From sequence record OZ346221.1: a stretch of 45,229 nt of DNA; one strand, written 5' to 3'. Positions 9,357 through 19,600 of the stretch are shown piece after piece (position 1 is the first letter of the stretch; each line of letters opens with the position of its first letter). A program made the position numbers and the translations under genes. The notes below the pieces were generated by a model, which saw only the letters and a program-made list of their open reading frames with translations, was not told the origin of the DNA and did no database searches. The stretch comes from a phage.

Positions 9357-10073
9357 ATGGGTTATCAACTTCCTAACGGGTCCAGCGTCCAGATCGGGTC
9401 CGTACTGGGTAGCGGCATCGCTGTTACGGCAGCTACCAACGCCGCAGCGTCGATCTCCGACCTTACGCAAGGTTGCGTAATTACCTGTGCGGCTTCGCAT
9501 GGTCTGGTTGTTGGCGACGTTGTTATGTTCACTAAAACCCCGTGGGTCCGAGCGCTTAACCGCGCATTCATCGTGGGTAAAGTAGACACCAACGACGTTA
9601 CGCTGGCGCGCTTCGACACCAAAGACGTCACAAAATACCCGACCGGCGCTTTCAGCGCAGGCACTCCGGGCGAAGTGGTGAAGGTGTCGGGCTTTATCGA
9701 CTTCCCTTTCATTACTAACGTCGCCGTGTCTGGTGGCGACCAGCAGACTACTACCTTCCAGCCGTTGCAGGTGAACACCGCAATCAGTCTTAACACCACG
9801 AAAAACCCGTTGGTCCAGACTTACACCTTCACCCACGACGAAGAAGACCCGATCCGCCCAATCCTGGAAGACCTGGACGACACACAGAAAACCACTGTGA
9901 TTAAGTTCACGAACCCAGCGGCAGCAAGCGGCAAAGGTGAGATCCGTATTTACCCGGCTAAGGTATCTTTCCAGAAGATTCCGTCCGCTGAAGTAAACAA
10001 CGTGGAAACCGTACAAGCCACTCTGACCATGCAGTCTGACATGGTTATCTACCGTAAGGATCTGGTCGCTTAA
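9357..10073 (+). CDS. major tail protein
   Basis: 238 aa, RBS ACAGGAG, followed by a terminator and then the G/GT chaperone pair and tape measure (lambda V position). Confidence 0.65.
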   Translation: MGYQLPNGSSVQIGSVLGSGIAVTAATNAAASISDLTQGCVITCAASHGLVVGDVVMFTKTPWVRALNRAFIVGKVDTNDVTLARFDTKDVTKYPTGAFSAGTPGEVVKVSGFIDFPFITNVAVSGGDQQTTTFQPLQVNTAISLNTTKNPLVQTYTFTHDEEDPIRPILEDLDDTQKTTVIKFTNPAAASGKGEIRIYPAKVSFQKIPSAEVNNVETVQATLTMQSDMVIYRKDLVA

Positions 10074-10090
10074 ATAGCGGGTGTTAATAT

Positions 10091-10113
10091 GGGGCCAGCA
10101 CGGCCCCTTTTTT
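10091..10113 (+). terminator. intrinsic terminator after major tail gene
   Basis: GGGGCC-AGCAC-GGCCCC hairpin followed by TTTTTT (approximate coordinates). Confidence 0.65.
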
Positions 10114-10114
10114 A

Positions 10115-10492
10115 TTGGAGAATACTACAATGGCTAAAGCACCACTCTTCACACTTGACCCTAAACCGACCTTTAAGCTGCCGATTGAGATCCCGCGTCC
10201 TGGCGAGAACGAGCCGGGCAAGATGACGTTTACCGTACGCCACCGCCCGATCGACGAATTTTCGCAAACCATGCAGGACACCGAACGAAAGCTATCGGAA
10301 TATGACGACAATGACCCAGACGGCTTTAACGTTATGGTCGAGGCCATCATGCACGTCGCGGAAGGCTGGAATCTGCCAGACGAATTTAACGCGGAGAACG
10401 TCCGCCGCCTGGTGGTCAACTATCCGCGCGCGTTCGGTGTGTTTCACACGTCGTACTATCTCGAGCTGATGGGGTTGCGTGAAAAAAACTAA
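10115..10492 (+). CDS. tail assembly chaperone (lambda G-like)
   Basis: 125 aa between major tail and tape measure genes; ends ...REKN with A_AAA_AAC slippery heptamer at the last codons. Confidence 0.65.
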   Translation: MENTTMAKAPLFTLDPKPTFKLPIEIPRPGENEPGKMTFTVRHRPIDEFSQTMQDTERKLSEYDDNDPDGFNVMVEAIMHVAEGWNLPDEFNAENVRRLVVNYPRAFGVFHTSYYLELMGLREKN

Positions 10493-10806
10493 TTGAGGCG
10501 GCGCGACGCTTTTATGGCCCGCCGCCACCCTCCGAAGATTTAGCCGCAAGTTTATGGGGTGCGGCCCCCGAAGATGTTTGTCCGCCTGTTGCGCTATGGC
10601 CCGACAACGCGAAGGTAGTCGCAGTCTTCACAGATTGCTCCACGCAATGGCGCACCGGATTTGGTGGCGCATACGGCATCGACTACGGCGTGCTGGAGTG
10701 GCTATTTAAGATGCACGGTATCGAAAACGAACAGCGCGCGTTTAAAGATATCAAGCTAATGGAACGAATCGCGCTTGATGAAATGGCGCAGCAGAACCCC
10801 GCATAA
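10115..10806 (+). CDS. tail assembly chaperone GT-like fusion by programmed -1 frameshift
   Basis: The -1 frame is open from 10483 to a TAA at 10804-10806 and has no start codon of its own; slippery A_AAA_AAC at 10483-10489 matches the lambda G/GT arrangement. Confidence 0.55.
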
Positions 10807-10810
10807 TGCA

Positions 10811-10964
10811 GCGGGACAGATCGGGACGTCCCGTTTTGTCCCACCCCTGAAATGTGCATACCTATTCGAATTTATTGCATAAACTAAGCGGGACAGATCG
10901 GGACGTCCCGTTTTGTCCCACCCCTGAAATGTGCATACCTATTCGAATTTATTGCATAAACTAA
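10811..10964. repeat. 77-bp direct tandem repeat (2 units) containing the palindrome GGGACGTCCC
   Basis: Two adjacent near-identical units beginning GCGGGACAGATCGGGACGTCCCGTTTTGTCCC and ending TTATTGCATAAACTAA. Confidence 0.8.
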
Positions 10965-11121
10965 GCGGGACAAAAAGCGGGACAAACAAGGGGCGGGACA
11001 AAGCGGGACAGCACCCCGTCCCCACCAGTGCTGCCGCGGGGTTTAGCCGATCGGGACAGCGGGACAGCACCCCAGTCTTTCAGACTAGACGGGGGTCAGT
11101 GGCCCCCCTCGTCTGAGACTG
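10958..11121. repeat. iteron element copy A (six GCGGGACA-type direct repeats plus a GC-rich hairpin)
   Basis: CTAAGCGGGACAAAAAGCGGGACAAACAAGGGGCGGGACAAAGCGGGACAGCACC...CGGGACAGCGGGACAGCACCCCAG...GACGGGGGTCAGTGGCCCCCCTCGTC; flanks identical to the copy at 40113..40276. Confidence 0.75.
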
Positions 11122-11188
11122 AATAAGGATTGTTTTAAAATCGCTGATACAATGACAATCGGCAACTGCATAAAAAGGGGACTGCATA

Positions 11189-13831
11189 ATGGCAGATCAA
11201 GCGGCAGGCATCACGCTGAAGGCTGATGTTGCACAAATCAGAACGGCAAATACTGTGCTGGACTCCTTCGCACAGAAATCCGAGAACACAGAAAACAAGG
11301 TTAAGAAATTAAACGACACCCTCGGCAAATCCAAAAAGGTGACGAGTGACGCCGCGGGCGGAATGGAGAAGCTGGCGACTGAATCGCAGCGCGCCGCCGA
11401 TGGCATGACGAAACAGGAGCGACTTGCCAACAGGTTAGGCATGTCGACCAAAAACCTGGGCTTTGCCTCGCGTAACGCCGCATTCCAGTTACAGGATATC
11501 GCTGTAACGCTTGAGATGGGTATGCCGGTGCACCGCGTCATGCTTCAGCAGTTACCGCAGTTAACTGGGGCGTTCGGTGGATTGGGTAACACGCTGCGTT
11601 TTGTTGCTGGCTTCCTCGGTCCGGTAGGGACCGGCATTGCAGCACTAACGGCAACGTTAGGCGTAGGGGTGGCAATTACGTCCCGCGCGGAGAACCAGGT
11701 CGCCGCGCTTAACAAGACGCTGGCACTTTCCGGTAACATTTCCGGCCTGACGGCAAACCAGATCCTGGTGCTATCCGAGAACGCCGAGCGCATGGGCGGG
11801 TCGTTCCGCAAGACGCGTGACACAATCCAGGCGCTGGCGGCGGCGGGTGTGAAAGCGGGGGGTGACTTCGGCGCACTGGCGAAGGTAGTGAATGACTTCG
11901 CGAAGGTGTCCAGCCAGCCGATCGAGGATGTGGTCGCGGCGGTGGCGAAGCTGTCAACCGACCCCGTTGGCGGACTGCGTGCGCTGGCGGATAAGTATCA
12001 CGTCGTAAACGAAGCGCAGATCCAGCAGGTACAGTCGCTCGTTGATGCGGGTCGTGAGACAGACGCAGTTGCGTTGGCTAACAAAACAGCCGCTGCGTCG
12101 TTCACCAGCATGACCAATGAAATCAAGTCCAACATGGGTACGCTTGAGCGGTCGATGAACGTCGTCACATCGGCAGCCAAATCAATGTGGGACGCCATCC
12201 TGGATGTGGGCCGCGCGCAGTCCTCCAATGAATCCGAGATGAAAGCGCGTGAGTCATTGCAGCGACTAACCACGGCTTACTATGCCGAGATGAAAGCGGT
12301 AAACGCTGCCGGTGGGGTAATGACTGAAGCGCAGAAAGCGCGTATTAACATGCTTTACAGCGAACTGGTCGCCCAGGAGAAAGTAGTGGCGTCGCTCACC
12401 CTGCGCAACCGTGCGGAGCGGGACAACGCCAGCGCCGCGGACGAAGCAGCAAAGGCGAACGAGGAGGCCAACCGCACCGCCCGCGACCGCGCCGCGTTTG
12501 AGAAGGAGTACGCAACCAACGCGAAGAGGCGCGCCGACGAGATCGCCCGCCTCAATTTGCTGAATAAGCGCGGCGTGATTGACGAGAAAGAGCTTGCCGA
12601 GGCGGTGAAGCAGGTAAACGAGCGTTACAAAGACCCCGCCCCGAAGAAGGCCGCGGCTGTTCGCGTGGATGCCGGTATGAAAATGCTGGAAGTTGCACGG
12701 AGCGAACTGGCCCAGCTTCGAGAATCCGGCAAGCAGATCGAAGCCAACGCGTCTACGCAGACCCGCACGCAACGCGCTCAAGCGGCCCTAAACAAGCTGA
12801 TCGCGGATAATGAACAGTTAATCGCAGCAAGCAAAGAAAGAGCACTAACGGCAGCAGAAAAGCAGCAGATGGTCGAATTCGGACGCGTGAAGGAAGTACG
12901 CGAGCAGATCGTCGAAGAAGCCAAATTGCTGGACGCGAAAGAGAAGCAGGTCAAGGCGCACGCGCAGATCGACGCCTTCGTCAAGAACCAGAACGCCGAG
13001 CTAAAAGCCACCGCGGCGGGCTATGCGCTTTCCACTCGCGAAGCGGCTAACCTGCGCGAAGAATTGCAGCTAATTGACCGCCTTAAGCGGGTGGGCGCTA
13101 GCGATACCGATATTGATCTGGCGGTGTCTAAACTGCGCGAAGTGCAGGAAGCACAGACCGGTGCTAACGCCTCGCTATGGGATGGATTCAGCCGCGGGCT
13201 TAAGGATAGCGTGGATGAAATGGGTAACGGCTATACGCAGATGACGTCACTCACAAAATTCACGTTCGGCGCTATGCAGGACACGATGAACGAGTTTTTC
13301 GAGACTGGCAAGCTGAACGCAAAGGATATGGTTAAGTCCATCCTGAGCGAATTAATCAAGCTGGCTACATCGCAAGCATTCAAGTCCATCGTTAGCGCTT
13401 TCGGTGGCGACGGCGGCAAAAACGGATTGTTCGGCGCTATCTTCTCCGGCCTCACTAAGAATGCGGACGGCGGAGCGTACGCAGGAGGCAATCTCGCTGC
13501 CTATTCGGGGAAAGTGGTAAGCCAGCCTACCTTTTTCAGTTATGGCGTCCAGGCGTTCGCTAAAGGCGCTGGATTGATGGGTGAGGCCGGACCCGAGGCC
13601 ATCATGCCACTGAAGCGCGGGCCTGACGGTAAGCTGGGCGTTGCCGCTGCCGGTGTTGGGGGTGGGATGATTGTAACGACCAACGTGAACATGGGGACCG
13701 GTAAGACGGATGCCAGTGTGAGCGGGCCGGACCCACGCACCGCGCAGGCGTTCGGAAAGCAAATCACCGAGGCGGTCAAGGCCGAGATCGTGAAAGCGAC
13801 GAAACCGGGTGGTGTACTTTACAAACGATGA
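11189..13831 (+). CDS. tail tape measure protein
   Basis: 880 aa, long Ala/Gln/Glu-rich helical protein between the chaperone pair and the tail tip genes. Confidence 0.8.
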   Translation: MADQAAGITLKADVAQIRTANTVLDSFAQKSENTENKVKKLNDTLGKSKKVTSDAAGGMEKLATESQRAADGMTKQERLANRLGMSTKNLGFASRNAAFQLQDIAVTLEMGMPVHRVMLQQLPQLTGAFGGLGNTLRFVAGFLGPVGTGIAALTATLGVGVAITSRAENQVAALNKTLALSGNISGLTANQILVLSENAERMGGSFRKTRDTIQALAAAGVKAGGDFGALAKVVNDFAKVSSQPIEDVVAAVAKLSTDPVGGLRALADKYHVVNEAQIQQVQSLVDAGRETDAVALANKTAAASFTSMTNEIKSNMGTLERSMNVVTSAAKSMWDAILDVGRAQSSNESEMKARESLQRLTTAYYAEMKAVNAAGGVMTEAQKARINMLYSELVAQEKVVASLTLRNRAERDNASAADEAAKANEEANRTARDRAAFEKEYATNAKRRADEIARLNLLNKRGVIDEKELAEAVKQVNERYKDPAPKKAAAVRVDAGMKMLEVARSELAQLRESGKQIEANASTQTRTQRAQAALNKLIADNEQLIAASKERALTAAEKQQMVEFGRVKEVREQIVEEAKLLDAKEKQVKAHAQIDAFVKNQNAELKATAAGYALSTREAANLREELQLIDRLKRVGASDTDIDLAVSKLREVQEAQTGANASLWDGFSRGLKDSVDEMGNGYTQMTSLTKFTFGAMQDTMNEFFETGKLNAKDMVKSILSELIKLATSQAFKSIVSAFGGDGGKNGLFGAIFSGLTKNADGGAYAGGNLAAYSGKVVSQPTFFSYGVQAFAKGAGLMGEAGPEAIMPLKRGPDGKLGVAAAGVGGGMIVTTNVNMGTGKTDASVSGPDPRTAQAFGKQITEAVKAEIVKATKPGGVLYKR

Positions 13832-13837
13832 TAAAAT

Positions 13838-13866
13838 GGCCCTCACTACAACGTGGGGGCTTTTTT
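13838..13866 (+). terminator. weak hairpin plus T-run (possible attenuator) between tape measure and tail tip genes
   Basis: CCCTCAC-TACAAC-GTGGGGG imperfect hairpin followed by CTTTTTT; the G-run may double as the SD for the next gene (approximate coordinates). Confidence 0.3.
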
Positions 13867-14466
13867 ATGGCGCAAGGTACAATCACACTAACGAAAGGAA
13901 GTAAGACCGTAACGGGCGCGGGAACGGCGTTCTTGAGCGAGATCGGGAAGGTCCGCGTATTTACCCGCATCGACGGCAACGACTACACCGGAAAAATTGC
14001 GGCATTCAACTCTAACACCGTCATCACCCTGGCGGATAACTGGGCAGGACCGACAAAAGCCGGTGTGGTTTATGAGCTAATCGAAGCGCACGACCCGCGG
14101 TCAAACGAATGGCCCTATTACTGGCATATGCAATTGCAAGGCGGCGGAGACGTGCAGTTGTCTTTCCGGTCCGAGGAATTGCAATTCGGTAACGGTTACG
14201 GTCAGAACATCGCGGACGGCCCGAACGCCGAAACGAAACAGTTCCCCGTGCAATTCATCGGACTGACTACTGACAAGTGGTGCGACCCCAAACTGGTTTA
14301 CAACTTCCTTCGCGGGCACTTCGTCAAGCCGTTTGTCGTCACCGCGCCGGATGGCGAAACAGGTTTATTCGTGGTCGAGCGTTCGAGCTTGTCGTACACT
14401 GACAACGGGCATAACACGGCAACGGTGTCCGTCACCCTTAAGACAGCTATCGGATTCGTAAGATGA
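13867..14466 (+). CDS. minor tail protein (lambda M position)
   Basis: 199 aa from internal ATG (MAQGTITL...); first tail-tip gene after the tape measure. Confidence 0.55.
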   Translation: MAQGTITLTKGSKTVTGAGTAFLSEIGKVRVFTRIDGNDYTGKIAAFNSNTVITLADNWAGPTKAGVVYELIEAHDPRSNEWPYYWHMQLQGGGDVQLSFRSEELQFGNGYGQNIADGPNAETKQFPVQFIGLTTDKWCDPKLVYNFLRGHFVKPFVVTAPDGETGLFVVERSSLSYTDNGHNTATVSVTLKTAIGFVR

Positions 14467-15251
14467 ATAAACTATATCGCGAGGCGACGCGCTTTGACCC
14501 ATCGGGACGCGTTCGCCTGATTCACATTGACGCGCAGGACGTGGAGCCGGGCGACGGCGCGATCGGCGCGGGTCATCACTATTTTCACTATTGCTTTATT
14601 CCGCACACTGCCGAGGATATTGCTGCCGCTGGTGGTGACGAGGACAAGCTAAAACCTAAATCCATATTCTTCGGTGGGCAGGAGTTCGAATTTTGGCCCT
14701 TTGATTTGTCCGGCCTTAACTTCTCCACATCGACGGCGGCAGAACCGCAACTAACAATCGTCGATATTGGCGGCATAATAACCCGGCTGTCGCTGAACCA
14801 CGACCAACTACTTGGCGCGAAGGTTGAGATCATTGATACGTTCGCGAAGTTCCTGGATAACGGGACAGATCCAGACCCGACGCAGAAACGAGTTCAGGAG
14901 TATTACATCGACTCGCAGGTCGGGCGCAATCCGGGCAAGCAAATTACCTTCGCACTATCCTCGCCTGCGGATATGGAAGGGCAGGTCGTTCCACGTCGCC
15001 AAATCATGAATATGTGCGAGTGGGCGCTCAACGGGAAGTACGCCAGCGGGGACGGGTGCACCTGGAACCTTGCGAAGCCTGGTATCAAGTATTACGACGA
15101 GCGAGGTAATGAAGTCATCGCGATGAACATGGACCGATGCGGCGGCTGTTTGTCCGACTGTTATCTTCGATTTGGGCAAGGGCTTGCGGACCCTAAAGCG
15201 GCGGTGCTGGACTTCGGCGGCTTTCCAGGGTCCAGATTAATTAAGGGGTAG
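14463..15251 (+). CDS. minor tail protein L-like
   Basis: 262 aa; C-terminal Cys cluster DRCGGCLSDC consistent with the iron-sulfur-binding C-terminus of lambda gpL; ATGA overlap with the upstream gene. Confidence 0.7.
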   Translation: MNKLYREATRFDPSGRVRLIHIDAQDVEPGDGAIGAGHHYFHYCFIPHTAEDIAAAGGDEDKLKPKSIFFGGQEFEFWPFDLSGLNFSTSTAAEPQLTIVDIGGIITRLSLNHDQLLGAKVEIIDTFAKFLDNGTDPDPTQKRVQEYYIDSQVGRNPGKQITFALSSPADMEGQVVPRRQIMNMCEWALNGKYASGDGCTWNLAKPGIKYYDERGNEVIAMNMDRCGGCLSDCYLRFGQGLADPKAAVLDFGGFPGSRLIKG

Positions 15252-15253
15252 TC

Positions 15254-15994
15254 ATGTTAACGAAGAAGGTTAAAAGCGATATCGCCGCACACGTCGCGGC
15301 ATGTCTGCCGGAAGAAGCCTGCGGCCTGGTTGTCATGGTGGGCCGTAAGCAAGTATTCGTCCCGTGCCTTAACGTGTTTGAAGACCCGACCGGCGTGCGC
15401 TCACGCAAAGACGCTTTCACGATTAGTGATATGGCCTGGATGGATGCCGAGGATATGGGCGACGTCGTGCGTGTAGTCCACTCGCACCCAGGTCAGCGAG
15501 AGCTAACCCCGTCGTTGGGCGACGTTAACGGATGCAACGGCAGCGGCGTCGTCTGGACCATCACTAACGAATATGGCGACTTTATCGAGATCGACCCAGA
15601 AGACCCGCCGCTGGTGGGTCGCCGATTTGTTCTCGGAATTACGGATTGTTATGGCCTCGTTATGGACTGGCACAAAAAGCAGGGAGTAAACCTTCCAGAC
15701 TTCCGCGTGCCGTATAACTGGTGGGAGACAGGCGAAAACCTGTATATGGACAATTGGTATGGCGCGGGCTTCCGGGAGTGTGAGGAGAATACGCCGGGGG
15801 CGATGGTCATCATGCAGATTAGCGCGCCAGTGCCTAACCACGCCGGGATATTCCTTCCGGGCAACCAACTACTCCACCATATCTACGGCAGCCTGTCGAG
15901 CGTGATACCCTTCCGGTCAGGATTTTTCCGGGACAATGTGGTTAAATGGGTACGTCATAAAGACCTACCGGGGAATATAACAGAATGGCAATGA
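15254..15994 (+). CDS. tail assembly protein K-like (JAB/MPN plus NlpC/P60-like domains)
   Basis: 246 aa; HSHP motif of JAMM/MPN metalloproteases in the N-terminal half and a Cys/His-containing C-terminal half, as in lambda gpK. Confidence 0.7.
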   Translation: MLTKKVKSDIAAHVAACLPEEACGLVVMVGRKQVFVPCLNVFEDPTGVRSRKDAFTISDMAWMDAEDMGDVVRVVHSHPGQRELTPSLGDVNGCNGSGVVWTITNEYGDFIEIDPEDPPLVGRRFVLGITDCYGLVMDWHKKQGVNLPDFRVPYNWWETGENLYMDNWYGAGFRECEENTPGAMVIMQISAPVPNHAGIFLPGNQLLHHIYGSLSSVIPFRSGFFRDNVVKWVRHKDLPGNITEWQ

Positions 15995-16602
15995 CCACAT
16001 TTAAATTATACGGCGTTTTAGGACGTCGATTCGGTAAAGTGCATAAGCTGGACTGCTTCACTCCGGGAGAGGGTATCACCGGCCTGTGCGTGAAGTTACC
16101 CGGCTTACAGGACTTTCTAATGTCGGCCCACCTGGACAATATGATGTTCAAGGTGCGCAAAGGCGACCACACGATGACCGGCTATGATGAGCTGGGCGAG
16201 TTCCACGGCAACCGCGTAGTTACCATCGCGCCGGTTATGACGGGCGCAAAAAGAGGGTTGGGACAATTGCTGGCGGGTGTCGCGATCGTTGTGGCGTCGT
16301 TCTATACGGGCGGATTTGCTACTGCCGCTTTCGGGGCTTCGGCTTCAACCGCTGCCGCTATCGGAACGGCGACGTTTTCGTTCGGGATGTCGATGGCGCT
16401 GGGTGGCGTTATGCAATTGCTGTCGCCACAACCGAAAGGATTGCAGACAAGGCAGGACGTGGATAACAAAGCGTCGTACGCGTTCGGCGGGCCAGTGAAC
16501 ACAACCGCGCAAGGCACGGCACTTGGTGTATTATGGGGCGAGCGTGAGATCGGCGGCGCTATTATTTCAGCCGGAATCGTAACCGAGGACTTGAACGAAT
16601 GA
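15985..16602 (+). CDS. tail assembly protein I-like
   Basis: 205 aa; Gly/Ala-rich hydrophobic C-terminal half; lies between K-like and J-like genes. Confidence 0.6.
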   Translation: MAMTTFKLYGVLGRRFGKVHKLDCFTPGEGITGLCVKLPGLQDFLMSAHLDNMMFKVRKGDHTMTGYDELGEFHGNRVVTIAPVMTGAKRGLGQLLAGVAIVVASFYTGGFATAAFGASASTAAAIGTATFSFGMSMALGGVMQLLSPQPKGLQTRQDVDNKASYAFGGPVNTTAQGTALGVLWGEREIGGAIISAGIVTEDLNE

Positions 16603-19600
16603 CGATTATCTACGACGTCACAGGGCATAAAGGCGGCGGCGGCAAACAGCACACCCCGCAGGAAACGCCGGATAGCCTGCATTCCCTGGCTAAAATCCGC
16701 ATCTTGCTCGCACTGGGAGAAGGTGAGTTCGAAAGTATTACCAGCGCCAGCGAATTGCGGCAGCGTGTATATCTGGACGGAACACCGATCCAGAACGCCG
16801 ATCTGTCTGAAAACTTCCCTGGCGCTCGTGTGGAGTTCCGCCCAGGAACACAGCACCAGGATGTGATCCACGGGTTTTCAGCGGTGGAAAGTGAGCAATC
16901 CGTAGGCGTAAAACTGGAAAACGGCACGCCGTGGGTGCGCCTGATTAACGACACCAGTCTTGACGCCGTGCGCATTCGAATCGGCATTCCGGCCCTGTAC
17001 ACAAACGAAGATAATGGCGACCTGGTGGGCGGGCGCATCGACTATAAGATCGTTGTGTATACGGATAACGCAGACCCGCGTGAGTTCAGATTCGCCGCCG
17101 TTGGTAAAACAATGTCGCTATATGAGCGCGACCACCGCATCGAATTACCGCCGAACGTGAATACTGGCTGGCGAGTGGAGGTGCACCGCATAACGGCAGA
17201 CTCCACATCGGCGAAAGTGGTTAATGATATCCGGGTGCAATCCATCACTGAGATTATCGACGCCCGCCTGCGATACCCGCTAACTGCGCTGTTGTTCGTG
17301 GAGTTCGACGCCAAAGCGTTCCAGAACATTCCGCGCGTGTCCATCAAGTGCAAAGGCCGCAAAGTGCTGGTCCCGAACAACTACGACCCGATTAATCATA
17401 CATATTCGGGCGACTGGGACGGCACGTTTAAACGCGCATGGACGGATAATCCTGCGTGGCACTGGTACGATATTTGTATTACTGAACGCTTCGGCCTAGG
17501 TCGCCGGATCAAACCGCAAATGCTGAACCGGTACGCGCTCTACCAGATTGCGCAGCGATGCGATCAGCTGGTTAGTGATGGCAACGGCGGGCGGGAAATC
17601 CGATTTAAGAATGATATGTACATTCAGTCGCAGACCGACGCCTGGACCGTGCTTAAGGATTTAGCCGCTATCTTTGCTGGTATGACCTGGTGGGGCAACC
17701 AGATGTTGAATATCGTAAGCGATCAGCCGGTCGCAGCGGTATCGCACACCATCACCAACGCCTCGGTAATTGATGGCCGATTCGACTACGCGTCCGGCAG
17801 CCAGAAAACTCGGTATTCCACATTCGCGGTAGCATACGGCAACCCGAAGAACCACTATGAAGACGCCATCGCAACGGGACAGCGTGTCGAACTGGTACGC
17901 CGCCATAAGATTAATCGTCTGGATATTACGGCGATCGGATGTACGCGTGAATCAGAAGCGCAACGACGTGGGCACTGGGCGCTAATCTCCAACCAGCTTG
18001 ACCAGCAAGTTAGCTTTAAGGTTGGCATGGAGGGACTTTTCTTTATTCCGGGTAGCGTAGTCGCGATCGCCGATACAAACATTTCTGGCGGCTTCGAGAC
18101 ACGCGGCGGTCGCCTGTTGTCAGATCCGGGCACTCGCACCGTGCTGAACACGGACTGCGAAATCACGTTCCGCCCTGGCGATAAGTTCCTTGTACGCACC
18201 GATAGCGGTAATGTGGAGACTCGCGAGATCGCCAGCGTCAACGGCAACAAGGTTACGCTAAAAACCGCACTGGACGCCGACCCTATTCCAGACCAGCCGT
18301 TTTGCGTTGATGGCAACGATATCCAGTTGCAGAAGTTCCGCATTACCGACCTGGAATATGACGACTCTACCAGCACTTTTTCAGTGCGCGGGATCGAGTA
18401 CAACGATAGCAAATATGATGCCGTCGATAATGGCGCTCGCCTTGACCCAGGCATCTTTACGCAAGTTCCTGACGGCGTAATGAAGGGGCCGGAGTCCGTG
18501 ACCATCACCCAGTCGCAGATTTCATCGCAAGGCCAGCTAATCACCAACGTGGATATTGTATTCCCGCCGGTGAAGGATGCCGTGGTGTATGAAATCCAGT
18601 GGCGACGTACCAGCTTACAGAATATGGAAATCCAGTGGGGTAACGACTGGGTGAACATTCCCCGCACGGCATCGAATGGCGCGCATATCCCAAACGTGTT
18701 TTCCGGTAACTATCAGGCACGCGTTCGCGCGATCGGTATGGGCGAGATTTCATCACCGTGGGTGTCGTCTGCCATCACGCCGATCGAAGGTCGTCTCGGC
18801 GGTCTTAACGCGCCTATCATTACGGCAGCAGTTTCCGGCCTTCACCAGATTTTGTGGAAGTGGAACCACAACAACGCCGCGACGGATATTTCGTACACCG
18901 AGCTTGAAGTGCGCAAGACCGGTGAAACGGAATGGAAGTTCTTAACCAACGTCCCATATCCTGGGTCGGAGTATGCGCAAACGTCGCTGGAGTTCGGCAT
19001 CTATCAGCAGTTGCGCGCCCGTGTAGCGGATAAAATCGGCAACCTGTCTGACTGGTCTGCCCCGTTTGAAGGGCAGGTGAGTGACAATGTTGACGAGTAT
19101 ATGAAGGGGCTTGATGACGAGTTCCTGACTTCCAAAGATGGTAAACGCTTCCAGGAAGCGATCGACACCATGCCGCAAGGCATTTATGAGGCGATGCTCA
19201 CCGACGCGCAGCAATTGTTCAACGCCCGCGCCGAGTACAAGGGCATTTATGCGGAAATCAAGGTGGCGTATAACGTGGCGGCGGACGCCCACAAGGCGGT
19301 AGCTCAACTGGAAACGTTGATCGGCACGCGACTTGACGATGCGGAAGCGGCGATCCACACGTTGCAGACAGCGCAAAGCACGCACGAGCAAGCCTTCGCC
19401 CAGTACCAGCAAACTGTTGCCGCTAAGTTTTCGGAACAGGAAGCTGCCATCCAGCAGGTACAAACAGCAACGGCAGACGTAGCGGGCGCGCTGGCGGAGT
19501 ACAAGACCCAGGTCGCGGCACAGTTCGGTCAGCAGTCCGCCGCTATCGAGCAGAAGATGACGTCCACGTTTAACCATGCCGGTGGCAACGCCACATACAG

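Noticed and set aside
10811-11121. Possible CRISPR array, considered because of closely spaced direct repeats
   Set aside because: The repeats are 8-12 bp iterons with irregular 2-6 bp spacing (plus one 77-bp duplication), not 25-40 bp repeats separated by unique spacers; no cas genes are present.
12266-12781. 171-aa minus-strand ORF inside the tape measure gene (with similar ones at 17855..18667 and 18942..19577 inside the J-like gene, and 39186..39923 inside the helicase paralogue)
   Set aside because: All are antisense to long, well-supported genes and look like shadow ORFs.
13828-13866. Upstream start codons extending ORFs into the preceding gene or terminator (13828, also 7279, 21324, 28488, 35707, 32832, 5664)
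   Set aside because: In each case an internal ATG with a proper RBS and no overlap gives a more plausible start; the extensions run through hairpins or upstream genes.
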